Assembly (NCBI GenBank): GCA_038207335.1
Contig: JBBQZX010000014.1
Coordinates: 1 to 64,000, forward strand
Reading direction: 5' to 3'
From: Chthoniobacterales bacterium
GTDB lineage: Bacteria > Verrucomicrobiota > Verrucomicrobiia > Chthoniobacterales > Chthoniobacteraceae
DNA length: 64,000 bases
The translations under genes were made by a program, and so were the position numbers. Shown piece by piece: positions 30,118-40,021 of this stretch. The notes beneath the pieces are model-generated. The model did no database searches. It worked only from the letters and a program-made list of their open reading frames with translations, and was not told the origin of the DNA. Positions within the stretch are counted from its first letter, which is position 1. Each line of letters starts with the position of its first letter.

Positions 30118-32043
30118 TCATTCGATCGTGAGCTCTTCCTGCCCGGCGGTGCCCCGGTCTTTGGCTTCCGAGTGAGTAAGCGCAGGGCCGTCGGGACTAT
30201 TGCGGCCCACTTTCACCGTATATTTGCCGGGCGCATAGACGCGCGGCTGGAAGCGGTCACCTTGCACCCGGATGGTATAGAGAATTTCGCCCGTCGCCTC
30301 AGCGATTACCTCCACCACGGGATTCATCACGCCTTTGAAGACCAGCATCGGAAGATAGCCAGCGGGCTTGCGACCGTCGTTGTCTTCCATCGCCACGGTG
30401 ATCGGCCAGCCGGGGAATTGCGCTTTGTCGCCCTCCTTCGCGTCGGAGAAGCGCGGCCAGCATTCGAAGGTGATCTTACGCGCCTTCTTGTCGAAGCGGA
30501 CGATGCCGTAGCCATCGGCGCGCTCACGTTGGTCCTTGATGTCGGGCGGATTCGCGTGAGCCAGCATGCTGATCCTATTCCCAAGCCCGTCCTTGAAATC
30601 GCCCGTCCACGGCAAAGGACTTTCTGGCACGGGATTTGGGCCGGACTTCTCATCGAGTGGGTGCCACCAACGCCCGTAGATGGTATTTACGAGCGCCGGG
30701 CTGGTGAACTCATATGGGCCGTTGCCAAACTCGGCGATCCCCTGCTTTGTGACTACCGCGAGATGCTGATCCCCGCAGAGGTGCACTGCCCAGGCGCGGC
30801 GGATGGATTCGAGCGCGTGAATGCGCGGCGTCTGGGGCCAGCCATTGCAATCGAGGTCGGCGAGCAGACGATTATCCCGCGCGCCGTGCATGTGAACGGC
30901 ACCGCAAAAAGCCGTCTGCGAAAGCACGACCTTCATCTCCGCGCCGGTCCAGTCCTGCGTCCAGTTAGCCAGAAACTTCTCCTGCCGCTCGCCGAGCAGA
31001 ACGAGCCCTGGCAGATCGATGGTCTTGGGATCGTAACTCGGATCATTGATGTGATCGGGACGCGGTCCCATCTTGGGAATCTTACCGTCCGGGCCGGTTT
31101 TGAACTTACGATCTTCCAGGATCGCGAAATCCACTCCGCCGACCCGCAGGTTCGTGAAATAGACCGTGATCCCCTGCTCGACGGGTGCCGGGTCGGGCGA
31201 ATCGGGAAGGTTCCACGTCTGCTGCCGTTGCAGCATGTTCACGTATTCCGCCGGGAAATAATAGCCGCCGTCCGCACCGTCCCGGCGCAGACATCGCTTC
31301 CCGCTTTCACCCCACAGGTTCGGTTGACCCACGTCATGATCATCCGGGATGCAGATGCACGGACGATCGCGGATCACGTCGCGAAATTGCATGCCAAATT
31401 CGACCCATCCGGCGGTATGTTCGGTCTCGCGATACGACTGGTCGCCGGCAAAGAAAAGCAGGTCGGGATTCTGGGCTTTGAGATGATCGACGATCTCGGG
31501 CCGCAGTCCGGTGGTGCGACAGGAATTGCACGACATGTTGGCCACCACGATCACGTCCTTCTCGATCGGATCGCGTCGGATCAATCCCTCGAACATCGCT
31601 CTCTCCCCATGTCGCACGCGATACGGCACATCCTTGCTCGCGTCCCACTTTTCAATGCGAAAATGCGCGCTCCAGCCGGGATAAAGCACCTCGGATTTTG
31701 CGGCTTCGGTCCAGACGCCATCGCGCTGAAACTCCAATCGAGCTTGGTGCGCCTCGCCCGGCTTCAGCGGGAAAAGCTGCGCGGTGAGTTTGAGCACTCC
31801 GCGGTCCTGTGTGTAGAGCGCGAAGGCGAGCACACCCTCGCGCGGCACGTCCATCGAAGGAGGCGGACTCTGTTTTGGACGCACCGCCGTCCATCATTCG
31901 CCCGTCGCGAGAGAATCGAGTTTTGGAAATTCCGCGCTAAAGGGTTTCGCGACCTCCGCGTCAGCCGCAAAAAGGCGCGATGCAGACCCGCGCCAGAATA
32001 GGAGCGGAGTGAGTTTCAGGAGGAAACGGGGACTGATGTCCAT
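30118..32043 (-). pseudogene. PhoD-like metallophosphatase interrupted by an in-frame TGA
   Basis: The frame from ATG 32043 reads ..LDSLATGE*WTAVRPK.., with TGA at 31894-31896, and continues in frame into the 588-aa ORF carrying AGDQSY, PDDHDV and CGDQH. Confidence 0.85.
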
Positions 32044-32453
32044 GCTGGAGACAGTAACCCGGTTGGCGACCTCTTCGTCAGGGTCATTCTTGGGAGCGCC
32101 GCATAGCTGGGATTCTGCTCGGCGATATTTCGGCTGAAGACAACGACTGCGTGAGGACTGATCGCGCCACTCATCGCCGCCTTCCCCTGTCGCTGTCAAA
32201 GCCGCCGCTCACTCCCCGCATGGATTCTGTGAGCACCACCGCACTGCGGGGCGAGCTTCAAAGAGAATACTCCCATCTGGCGAAGGGCCACTGTTCTCTT
32301 GTTCCGCTCCGCATCGCCCGCCCGAGACCCAAGAAGAGAAGAACGATCGCGAGTAGAATCTTCATTCGATTTTGCTGTCCTGCTAACCACAGAATGCATT
32401 GAACATCGGGCACCGCAAATTCCCCCTCATCGCTCAGTCAATTTGAATCAATC

Positions 32454-33188
32454 ATGAAACCCTTCGCCTTCATCGCCCTTCTGTTCGTGAGCCTTACCGC
32501 CTTCGCTGCCGACGCGCAACCGCAACCCAAATGGAAGGACGGAAAGAAGGCTGTGTTCATGCTTGCATTCGATGATGGATGTCCAAGCCAGCTCAAGAAC
32601 GTGATCCCAGAGTTGGAAAAGCGAAAGATTGCTGGCACCTTCTATCTCTACCCGGCCGCGGGCCAGTATCTCGCCCAAAAGGAGAAATGGGCGGAAGCGG
32701 TAAAAAGCCCCTACATCGTCGTCGCCAACCACACATTTACTCACAAGGGCGTCAAGAATGCGGCTGAACTGGATGTTGAACTGGCGAAGTGCAACGAGGC
32801 ACTCTATGCACTGTACCCTGATCGCCCTACTCCCCGTGGCCTGGCTTTTGGAACACCGGGCGGAGTTCCATGGGAAGTGACGAAAGAGGAATTCGATACG
32901 GCCTTGGCGAAGCATCACCTCGTTGATCGCCCACCATTTCAAGGATCCCCGATGAACTACAAGTCAGCGGACGAACTCGTTGCTGCGGTGGACAAGGCGT
33001 TGGCCGCTGGAGGAGTTGGCCATGCGGATTTCCATGGCGTTGGTGGCGATTGGCTGGTGACGCCCGTAGAATGGTTTACCGCATTGCTCGACAAACTCGA
33101 AAAGCATCGCGAAGAGATTTGGATTACTGATCCGGTGTCGTTGCACGAGTTCATGGAGGAGCAAGAGAAGGCCACGGTGAAGCATTGA
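32454..33188 (+). CDS. Secreted polysaccharide deacetylase (CE4/NodB-like)
   Basis: Signal peptide; AFDDG, ANHTFTH, FHGVGG. Confidence 0.88.
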   Translation: MKPFAFIALLFVSLTAFAADAQPQPKWKDGKKAVFMLAFDDGCPSQLKNVIPELEKRKIAGTFYLYPAAGQYLAQKEKWAEAVKSPYIVVANHTFTHKGVKNAAELDVELAKCNEALYALYPDRPTPRGLAFGTPGGVPWEVTKEEFDTALAKHHLVDRPPFQGSPMNYKSADELVAAVDKALAAGGVGHADFHGVGGDWLVTPVEWFTALLDKLEKHREEIWITDPVSLHEFMEEQEKATVKH

Positions 33189-33240
33189 CATGATTGGCGC
33201 TCCGCACTCAGGGTCTCTACCGGATAGACACAGACCCTCA

Positions 33241-33441
33241 ATGAACAGAAATGTGGTCACGCGCGAAGCATTGGTCTTTCTAGCTACGTGCGGGGCATTT
33301 TTCTTATTAGCCATGATCCTTCCACTGCTATTCAGGATCGAGCTGTGGCCAATTTTGACTACCATGCCCTTCTCACCCCTTATAATCCCATTTTACGCGC
33401 TTGTGCGTTGGAGACAGTGCAAGCGCAGGTGTCGTTCATGA
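33241..33441 (+). CDS. Small hypothetical membrane protein
   Basis: 66 aa with two hydrophobic stretches; ATGA overlap with the GH76 start at 33438. Confidence 0.4.
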   Translation: MNRNVVTREALVFLATCGAFFLLAMILPLLFRIELWPILTTMPFSPLIIPFYALVRWRQCKRRCRS

Positions 33442-34607
33442 ACATTCCCCGACAACGACTTAGCCGCGCGCTGCGGCGAACCATAGACCAAGACCGAAGC
33501 AAGCGCGCTTCGAGGGGAATAGGTTCGAGGCGGATTGCGGTGATGTGCTTGACGATGAGTGGATGGATCCCGGCCGCACACGCGTTCACGGCGGCGGACG
33601 CAGACACCTTGTTCGAGTCTCACTCCAAGGCATTTTATCGGACGGACGAGGAGCGGGGCTGGCACGCCAAAGACACTGAGGAAGGCAAAGCTGACTTTTG
33701 GAAAAGCGCCGAGCAGATGGAGATGGTGCTGGATGCTTACGAGAGAACGAAGAATGCTGATCAGCTCACGATGTTCGCTCGCCTTTTTCGTGGCTTCGTG
33801 GCCGACCAAGGGGCGAATTGGGCTCACAACCACTACAACGACGACATAATGTGGATGGTCATCGCGTGTGTCCGGGCGAATCTGCTCAGCGGCAATCGTG
33901 AATTCCTGGACGCAGCACGGACGAACTTCGATCTCTGTTACGCGCGCGCCGTGTCGCCAGACTTGGGCGGTGGCCTTTGGTGGAAGGTGGATAACCAGTC
34001 GAAGAATGCCTGCGTCAATGGCCCTGGAGCGATTGCCGCTTTCCTCTTGGGTAAGGCGACAGGCGAGGAGGCCTATACCACCAAAGCACGGGAGCTCTAT
34101 TTGTGGGAGCACGCGACCTTGTTTGACCCGACAACGGGACGCGTCGCCGATAACATTCGACTCGATGGGAGAGTGAATCGCATGGCGCTGACTTACAACC
34201 AAGGCACCTTTGTCGGCGCGGCGAACCTGCTCGGCTATGTGGACGAGGCGCGACTGGCCGCGACTTTCACCATGAATGAGATGTGTCGCGACGGATATCT
34301 GCCACCCGGTGGCGACAACGGAGATGGCGGCGGATTCAACGGCATCGGGGTGCGATGGATCGCGAGATTTATGAACGAGCATGGTGAGCAAGCGACCTTT
34401 GAGCCTTGGTTACAAAAGAACGCGGAAGCTGCGTGGCAGGCGCGGCGATCGTCCGACAATCTTTCCTGGTGCCGCTGGCCGCAGCCGACGACGGAGGGTC
34501 GAAGGTCCTCGTGGGGCTGTAGCAGCGCGGTGGTCATCTTACAGGTGGTGCGTCCGACGGAGGCGGTTGACGCAAAAGCCTCGCCGCGCACGGAGAGCCC
34601 GCGTTAG
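33438..34607 (+). CDS. Glycoside hydrolase family 76 (alpha-1,6-mannanase-like)
   Basis: YNDDIMW catalytic DD, GGGLWW, KNACVNGP, TYNQG, FNGI. The start could be later (33542 or 33554). Confidence 0.9.
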   Translation: MNIPRQRLSRALRRTIDQDRSKRASRGIGSRRIAVMCLTMSGWIPAAHAFTAADADTLFESHSKAFYRTDEERGWHAKDTEEGKADFWKSAEQMEMVLDAYERTKNADQLTMFARLFRGFVADQGANWAHNHYNDDIMWMVIACVRANLLSGNREFLDAARTNFDLCYARAVSPDLGGGLWWKVDNQSKNACVNGPGAIAAFLLGKATGEEAYTTKARELYLWEHATLFDPTTGRVADNIRLDGRVNRMALTYNQGTFVGAANLLGYVDEARLAATFTMNEMCRDGYLPPGGDNGDGGGFNGIGVRWIARFMNEHGEQATFEPWLQKNAEAAWQARRSSDNLSWCRWPQPTTEGRRSSWGCSSAVVILQVVRPTEAVDAKASPRTESPR

Positions 34608-34644
34608 TCTGCATACTCCCGTTCGCGTTCACGACTCCCCCACC

Positions 34645-36354
34645 TTGAAACCTTTCGCCCGGCCGCTACTCTCGCTGACGCTGTTTGTCGCCTTGCTTGG
34701 CGACCTATCGGCGCAAGTTCCAAGTCTCGAAGACTACCGGAAGTATGCTTTGACTTATCAAGGCGATGTCAGCCGGGGCTCGAAGTTGTTCAGTGAAGAT
34801 CAGCGGTTGCTCTGCGCGAAGTGCCATTCCGTTGACGGCAGCGCCAGCAAAGCGGGTCCTGACTTATTCGCGGCGGGTGATGCGTTTGGAAGGCGCGATC
34901 TGGTGGATGCGGTGTTGTTCCCTTCAGCCACCATTGCTCCGGGCTATGGCACCATCATCGTAGAGACAAAAGGCGGCGCCATCTATCAAGGCGTCCTCAA
35001 GAAGACGTCCGACACTGAAATCCAACTCATGGGTGCGGATGGCAAGCTGGTTTCCTTGGCGACGACCGAGATCAAGACGAAGACCGGCAACACCATATCT
35101 CTCATGCCGGAAGGACAACATGCCGCCCTTTCCGTCGCAGAGTTCACCGACCTCATCGAATACCTGACCACGCTGAAGCAGCCGGAATCGAAGCGGGCGG
35201 ACAATCGCGCGGCACCGCATGACATTCCACTGATGGCGAAACCTGTGGAGCTGCGGCCCTACTTTGCGGAAGGCTTTCAGCTTCCGCGCGGGAAAGCGGA
35301 GGCGGGCCTTACGTCGTTCCGACAGATCCCCGGACTAGCCAACGTGTTTCTCGTGTTGCACCAAAAAGGCGTGATCTGGCGGGTGGAGAAAACTGCGGAC
35401 GGCGAAAGGCGGACGACATTTGCGGACCTCAGCAGCGAGGTGTTCTGCGAGCGCGGCCCAAATGGACTGCTCGATGTCGCCTTTCATCCGCAATTTCGCG
35501 AGAACCGAAAATACTACCTATTCTACCAAGGCTTCGAGGCAGACAAAGTCGTCACGCATATCGTCGAGAAGCAGATGAACGCGGACTTTCGCAGCGACTC
35601 CGGTCGACCGGCGCGCGAACTCCTCAAGATCGAAAGCGTGGCGGAAGATCACAGCGGCGGTTGTTTGCAGTTTGGGCCGGATGGCTTTCTCTACCTCGTG
35701 ATGGGAGACACCGGCCCGCATAATGATCCGAACGGCCACGCACAGAATCTACAACTCTTGCTCGGGAAAGTGATGCGGATCGACGTGGATCACGCGGACG
35801 CTGGGAGCGCATACACCATTCCGACAGACAATCCATTTCGCGCGCAAGCTGACGTCCGCCCGGAAATCTGGGCCTATGGTTTTCGCAATCCCTGGCGCTT
35901 CAGCTTTGACCGGCTCACCGGAGATCTCTGGCTGGCCGATGTTGGGCAGGATCGCGTGGAGGAAGTCGATCTCGTGCAGCGCGGCGCGAACTACGGCTGG
36001 AACGTCCATGAAGGACTTGAACCGTTCTCTAATCAGTTCCGAAAACCCGGTCGCACCTTCACACCGCCTGTCTTTGCCTATCGTCGAAAATACGGCAATT
36101 CGATCACAGGCGGGCACGTGTATCGCGGCGAAAAGGACTCGTCGTTCTACGGTGTTTACGTCTTCGGCGATTACAATTCCAAGCGCATCTTTGGCGTTAC
36201 TCAGCAGGAAGGCGCATTGAAAACGGCGCGTCAGATTGGCGACATTCCACAGCGGCTCGTGTCATTCAGCGAAGACGAGGCGGGCAATCTCTACGCTGTG
36301 GGATACGAAGGCATGATCTATCGCATCGACTTCACCAACGCTCACTTTGAGTAA
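34645..36354 (+). CDS. Cytochrome c - PQQ-type glucose/sorbosone dehydrogenase fusion
   Basis: Signal peptide after TTG 34645; CAKCH..GPDL..SLMPEG heme domain; GLLDVAFHP, HSGG.LQFGPDG, GFRNPWRFSFD, NYGW, SITGG propeller. Confidence 0.88.
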   Translation: MKPFARPLLSLTLFVALLGDLSAQVPSLEDYRKYALTYQGDVSRGSKLFSEDQRLLCAKCHSVDGSASKAGPDLFAAGDAFGRRDLVDAVLFPSATIAPGYGTIIVETKGGAIYQGVLKKTSDTEIQLMGADGKLVSLATTEIKTKTGNTISLMPEGQHAALSVAEFTDLIEYLTTLKQPESKRADNRAAPHDIPLMAKPVELRPYFAEGFQLPRGKAEAGLTSFRQIPGLANVFLVLHQKGVIWRVEKTADGERRTTFADLSSEVFCERGPNGLLDVAFHPQFRENRKYYLFYQGFEADKVVTHIVEKQMNADFRSDSGRPARELLKIESVAEDHSGGCLQFGPDGFLYLVMGDTGPHNDPNGHAQNLQLLLGKVMRIDVDHADAGSAYTIPTDNPFRAQADVRPEIWAYGFRNPWRFSFDRLTGDLWLADVGQDRVEEVDLVQRGANYGWNVHEGLEPFSNQFRKPGRTFTPPVFAYRRKYGNSITGGHVYRGEKDSSFYGVYVFGDYNSKRIFGVTQQEGALKTARQIGDIPQRLVSFSEDEAGNLYAVGYEGMIYRIDFTNAHFE

Positions 36355-36359
36355 CACAT

Positions 36360-37445
36360 ATGTCTAGCTCCTCCTTCAGAATATTCATCCTTTCACTGCT
36401 TGCCTCCGCATGGCTGGCTCCAGTTGAGGCCCAGACGATCCAACGGGTCGAGCAGTCCGATTTTGGGCAAACCTCAGACGGTTCCTCGGTCAAGTTAATT
36501 ACCTTGCGAAACAGCAAGGGCATGAGCGCGAAGATCATTAGCTATGGCGCGATCATTAAGGAGCTGCAGGCTCCGGATCGCAAGGGAGTTTTCACCAATG
36601 TGGTGCTCACGACCGATAGTCTCGAGAAGTTCGAGCACGGCTTCAACGGCGCTGCAGCGATCATCGGCCGGGTAGTCAACCGCATTGGCGGGGCGCAGTT
36701 TGAACTCGATGGCACGACTTTCAAAATGGTGGCCAATGACGGAAAGAACACGATCCACGGCGGAAGCAAGGGTTTCGCGCAGTCGGTGTGGACGGTCGCC
36801 GAGGCTCCAGTCAAGGATCACGAATCGTCCGTCGTACTCACTTATCTCAGCAAAGATGGCGAGGAAGGATTTCCGGGAAATCTCAAGACCACCGTGATCT
36901 ACTCACTGACAGACAACGACGAGCTTCGCATCGACTACGAAGCGGAAACCGACAAGCCGACGATCGCCAATCTCACCAACCACGCTTACTGGAACCTCGC
37001 CGGCGGCGGGAGCTGTCTGGATAACATCTTGCAAATTCCGGCTGAGAGCTACACTCCGGCGGATAGCCATTTGATTCCCACGGGGGAAATCCTCCCGCTC
37101 AAAGGCACGCCGATGGATTTCCAACAGCCAACGCGCATTGGCGACCGCATCGAACAGCTACAACCACCAAGGGGCGGCTACGATCACAATTTCATCTTAG
37201 GAGAAGACAAAACCATGAAGTTGGCGGCGCGACTCGTTGAACCAAAAAGCGGTCGGGTGATGGAAGTGCGAACGACACAGCCAGCCGTGCAACTCTACAC
37301 CGCAAACCACCTCGCGCACACCGCCGTTTGCCTGGAGACACAGCATTATCCCGACGCCATCCACCACCGCGAATTCCCGTCTATCGTCATCCGTCCGGGC
37401 GAGCCGTTGAAGGAGACGACTGTATTCACCTTCCACGGAGAGTAG
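36360..37445 (+). CDS. galM: Aldose 1-epimerase (mutarotase), secreted
   Basis: Signal peptide; NRI, IHGG, GFPG, NLTNHAYWNL, YDHNF, CLETQ. Confidence 0.93.
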   Translation: MSSSSFRIFILSLLASAWLAPVEAQTIQRVEQSDFGQTSDGSSVKLITLRNSKGMSAKIISYGAIIKELQAPDRKGVFTNVVLTTDSLEKFEHGFNGAAAIIGRVVNRIGGAQFELDGTTFKMVANDGKNTIHGGSKGFAQSVWTVAEAPVKDHESSVVLTYLSKDGEEGFPGNLKTTVIYSLTDNDELRIDYEAETDKPTIANLTNHAYWNLAGGGSCLDNILQIPAESYTPADSHLIPTGEILPLKGTPMDFQQPTRIGDRIEQLQPPRGGYDHNFILGEDKTMKLAARLVEPKSGRVMEVRTTQPAVQLYTANHLAHTAVCLETQHYPDAIHHREFPSIVIRPGEPLKETTVFTFHGE

Positions 37446-37489
37446 GCGGATGGGAAATGCGAACCATCCCTAGTTTTCGCGAAACAACC

Positions 37490-38596
37490 ATGCGTGTCCC
37501 CTCCATCCTTTCAGCGCTTGCCACGCTTTTCCTCACGATCGTACCTCTCATCAATGCGGCGGAACCGCTGTCGCGAGGCACCCCAGAGGCACAAGGAATT
37601 TCGTCCGCCGCTGTGCGGGATTACGTCGAGGCGCTCGATAAAATCGACACGATGCACAGTTTTGTGGTCGTGCGGCACGGCGAGGTGATTGCGGAAGGCT
37701 GGTGGAAACCCGAGGCGGCGGACAAACCGCATGTGCTCAACTCAGTGAGTAAGAGCTTTAACTCGACTGCTGTAGGACTGGCGATCACGGACCGCAAATT
37801 GAGCCTAGACGATCCGGTCTTGAAGTTCTTTCCGGACGACGCGCCGAGCGATCCGTCAGCCAATCTTAAGGCCATGACCGTGCGTGATCTGCTGACCATG
37901 TGCGGCGGCCATGACTCTGAGCCGAAGCAGTCAACCGACGGTCACCCATCCGTAAAGCAGTTTCTTGCCGCGTCCGTCGTGCATCAGCCCGGCACGCATT
38001 TTCTCTACAATGGCATGGGCAGCTATACCCTTTCGGCGATCGTGACCAAAGTGACTGGTCAAACCGTGGGAGACTACCTGAAGCCCCGATTGTTCGAGCC
38101 ATTGGGAATCGAAAACGCCGAGTGGCCAAGCAGTCCTGAGGGTTATTCACTCGGCGCGCACGGCCTTTACCTTCGCACGGAGGATATCGCCAAGTTTGGC
38201 CTGCTCTACCTGCAGAAAGGGAAGTGGAAAGGCCAGCAGTTGATCCCCGAGAAATGGGTCGAACAGGCCACGGCCAAGCAAGTCCCGAACGATCAGGAAT
38301 CCCACTCGAAGATCGGCGCCGACTGGCGTGAAGGGTATGGTTTCCAGTTCTGGCGCTGTCAGCACAATGCCTTTCGCGGTGACGGCGCGGGCGGACAGTT
38401 CGTGGTTGTCATGCCCGATCAAGACATGGTCGTCGCGATGACCGCCGGGAGCGCAAACATGCAGGCGGAGTTGGACGCCATCTGGGACCACCTGCTGCCG
38501 GCCTGTCGCACCGAAGCCATCGCCGCTGACACGACCGGCCAGGAAAAGCTAAAGCAGTCCATCGGAAGTCTCGTGGTGCGCGCGAAGCAAAAGTGA
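37490..38596 (+). CDS. Secreted serine hydrolase, beta-lactamase/esterase family
   Basis: Signal peptide; SVSK (SxxK), FLYN, GYGFQFW, GAGGQ. Confidence 0.9.
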   Translation: MRVPSILSALATLFLTIVPLINAAEPLSRGTPEAQGISSAAVRDYVEALDKIDTMHSFVVVRHGEVIAEGWWKPEAADKPHVLNSVSKSFNSTAVGLAITDRKLSLDDPVLKFFPDDAPSDPSANLKAMTVRDLLTMCGGHDSEPKQSTDGHPSVKQFLAASVVHQPGTHFLYNGMGSYTLSAIVTKVTGQTVGDYLKPRLFEPLGIENAEWPSSPEGYSLGAHGLYLRTEDIAKFGLLYLQKGKWKGQQLIPEKWVEQATAKQVPNDQESHSKIGADWREGYGFQFWRCQHNAFRGDGAGGQFVVVMPDQDMVVAMTAGSANMQAELDAIWDHLLPACRTEAIAADTTGQEKLKQSIGSLVVRAKQK

Positions 38597-38653
38597 AAAC
38601 CGACTGCGCAATGTGACTCTCGATATGTCGCTACCCCCTGCTCTACTTCCTTT

Positions 38654-39550
38654 ATGAAATTCTTCCCTGCTTTCCTTTCCGTTGGTCTTGGTTGCGCCTC
38701 CATCGTTCAGGCCGATGACACCGGCCTTGTTGCTGCTGGTTCGAAAGTGGAGGTCCTCGGCGAAGGCTACGTTTTCACCGAAGGGCCGGCGACCGATCGT
38801 GAAGGCAACGTATTCTTCACCGATCAGCCCAACGATCGCATTGTGAAATACAATGCCGCTGACGGTTCGTTCTCCGACTGGCTCAAGCCCGCTGGACGCA
38901 GCAACGGGACGTGCTTCGACCAAGCCGGCAACCTTCTCTCCTGTGCGGACGGGAAGAACGAACTCTGGTCCATTTCACCCGAGAAAAAGATCACAGTGCT
39001 GATGCAAGACGTTGACGGCAAGTTGCTGAACGGCCCGAACGACCTATGGGTTCGCCCGGACGGCAATCTGTATTTCACCGACCCGCTCTACCCGCGCGAT
39101 TATTGGGAACGCGACAAAGCCACACAGCAGCCGGGTCAATATGTTTACTTTCTCGAAATTCACTCGAAGAAAGTGACGTCCGTGGCGACCGATCTGAAAC
39201 AGCCCAACGGCATCGTCGGCACACCCGATGGGAAGACGCTTTACATTGCCGACATCGGCGCAGGCAGGACGTATTCCTACACGACCAATGCTGATGGCAC
39301 GTTGGGAAACAAAACGCTCTTTTGCGAGATGGGTTCGGACGGCATGACGATCGATGCCGAGGGAAATATCTATCTCACCGGCAAGGGCGTCACGGTCTTC
39401 GACAAGACCGGCAAGAAACTCACCAACATCCCCATCCCCGAGCCTTGGACCGGCAACGTGACCTTCGGAGGCATCGACCGTGACCTGCTTTTCATCACCG
39501 CGAGCAAGAAAGTGTATGGCGTCAAAATGCGCGTGAAGGGCGCCTACTGA
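38654..39550 (+). CDS. SMP-30/gluconolactonase family protein, secreted
   Basis: FTEGP, NGPND, PNGI, SDGMTID; hydrophobic N-terminus. Confidence 0.93.
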   Translation: MKFFPAFLSVGLGCASIVQADDTGLVAAGSKVEVLGEGYVFTEGPATDREGNVFFTDQPNDRIVKYNAADGSFSDWLKPAGRSNGTCFDQAGNLLSCADGKNELWSISPEKKITVLMQDVDGKLLNGPNDLWVRPDGNLYFTDPLYPRDYWERDKATQQPGQYVYFLEIHSKKVTSVATDLKQPNGIVGTPDGKTLYIADIGAGRTYSYTTNADGTLGNKTLFCEMGSDGMTIDAEGNIYLTGKGVTVFDKTGKKLTNIPIPEPWTGNVTFGGIDRDLLFITASKKVYGVKMRVKGAY

Positions 39551-39649
39551 TGATCTTTGGGCCGCTCGTCAATCGCAACTCCCAGCGTAGCGTCGAGTGA
39601 AGGCGAGAGCGAGGGTGTCGAGCAGGTTCATGGATGAGGTTGTGGGGAG

Positions 39650-39805
39650 CTACTTTTGGAGCAGCAGACAGATGCCAGCGACCAACGCCAGAAGCGGCAA
39701 AAGAATATTGAGCTGGCCGAGATTGATCCCGAAGAGACCCATGAGGCCGATGACAACGAGGTAGATCGCGAGGAGGAAAATGCCGAGATTTTTTGGACGG
39801 TTCAT
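39650..39805 (-). CDS. Small two-helix membrane protein
   Basis: MNRPKNLGIFLLAIYLVVIGLMGLFGINLGQLNILLPLLALVAGICLLLQK (51 aa), at the 3' end of the long antisense-to-hflX ORF. Confidence 0.75.
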   Translation of the reverse strand: MNRPKNLGIFLLAIYLVVIGLMGLFGINLGQLNILLPLLALVAGICLLLQK

Positions 39806-40021
39806 CTTGTGGCAATAACCATTTAAGAAACGTGCCTCAAGGTCATCCTGCGCGAACTTGGTGAGTCGAAAACCTCGGCTCCGCGGATGTGAGGGCAACT
39901 CGCCAAACGGACGGCGAGAGCAACGGTACAGAATTCGGCCATTGTTTGACGTGGCAATGCGGTTAGACTCAGCCGAAGGCGCTTCAGCGGTGCCAAGAAC
40001 CCCTCCTCGCATCCGACCCGC

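Noticed and set aside
31894..31896. Selenocysteine or alternative genetic code at the in-frame TGA
   Set aside because: The context suggests Trp rather than Cys, no SECIS-like hairpin was recognised, and TGA is the normal stop of infB, rbfA, truB and others.
32044..32453. 410-bp intergenic region as a possible ncRNA or riboswitch
   Set aside because: No recognisable conserved motif or convincing structure by eye; it is adequately explained as a divergent promoter region. An Rfam scan would settle it.
37490..38596. Beta-lactam resistance gene
   Set aside because: The SxxK hydrolase lacks the KTG motif and sits among carbohydrate enzymes; an esterase or amidase is more likely.
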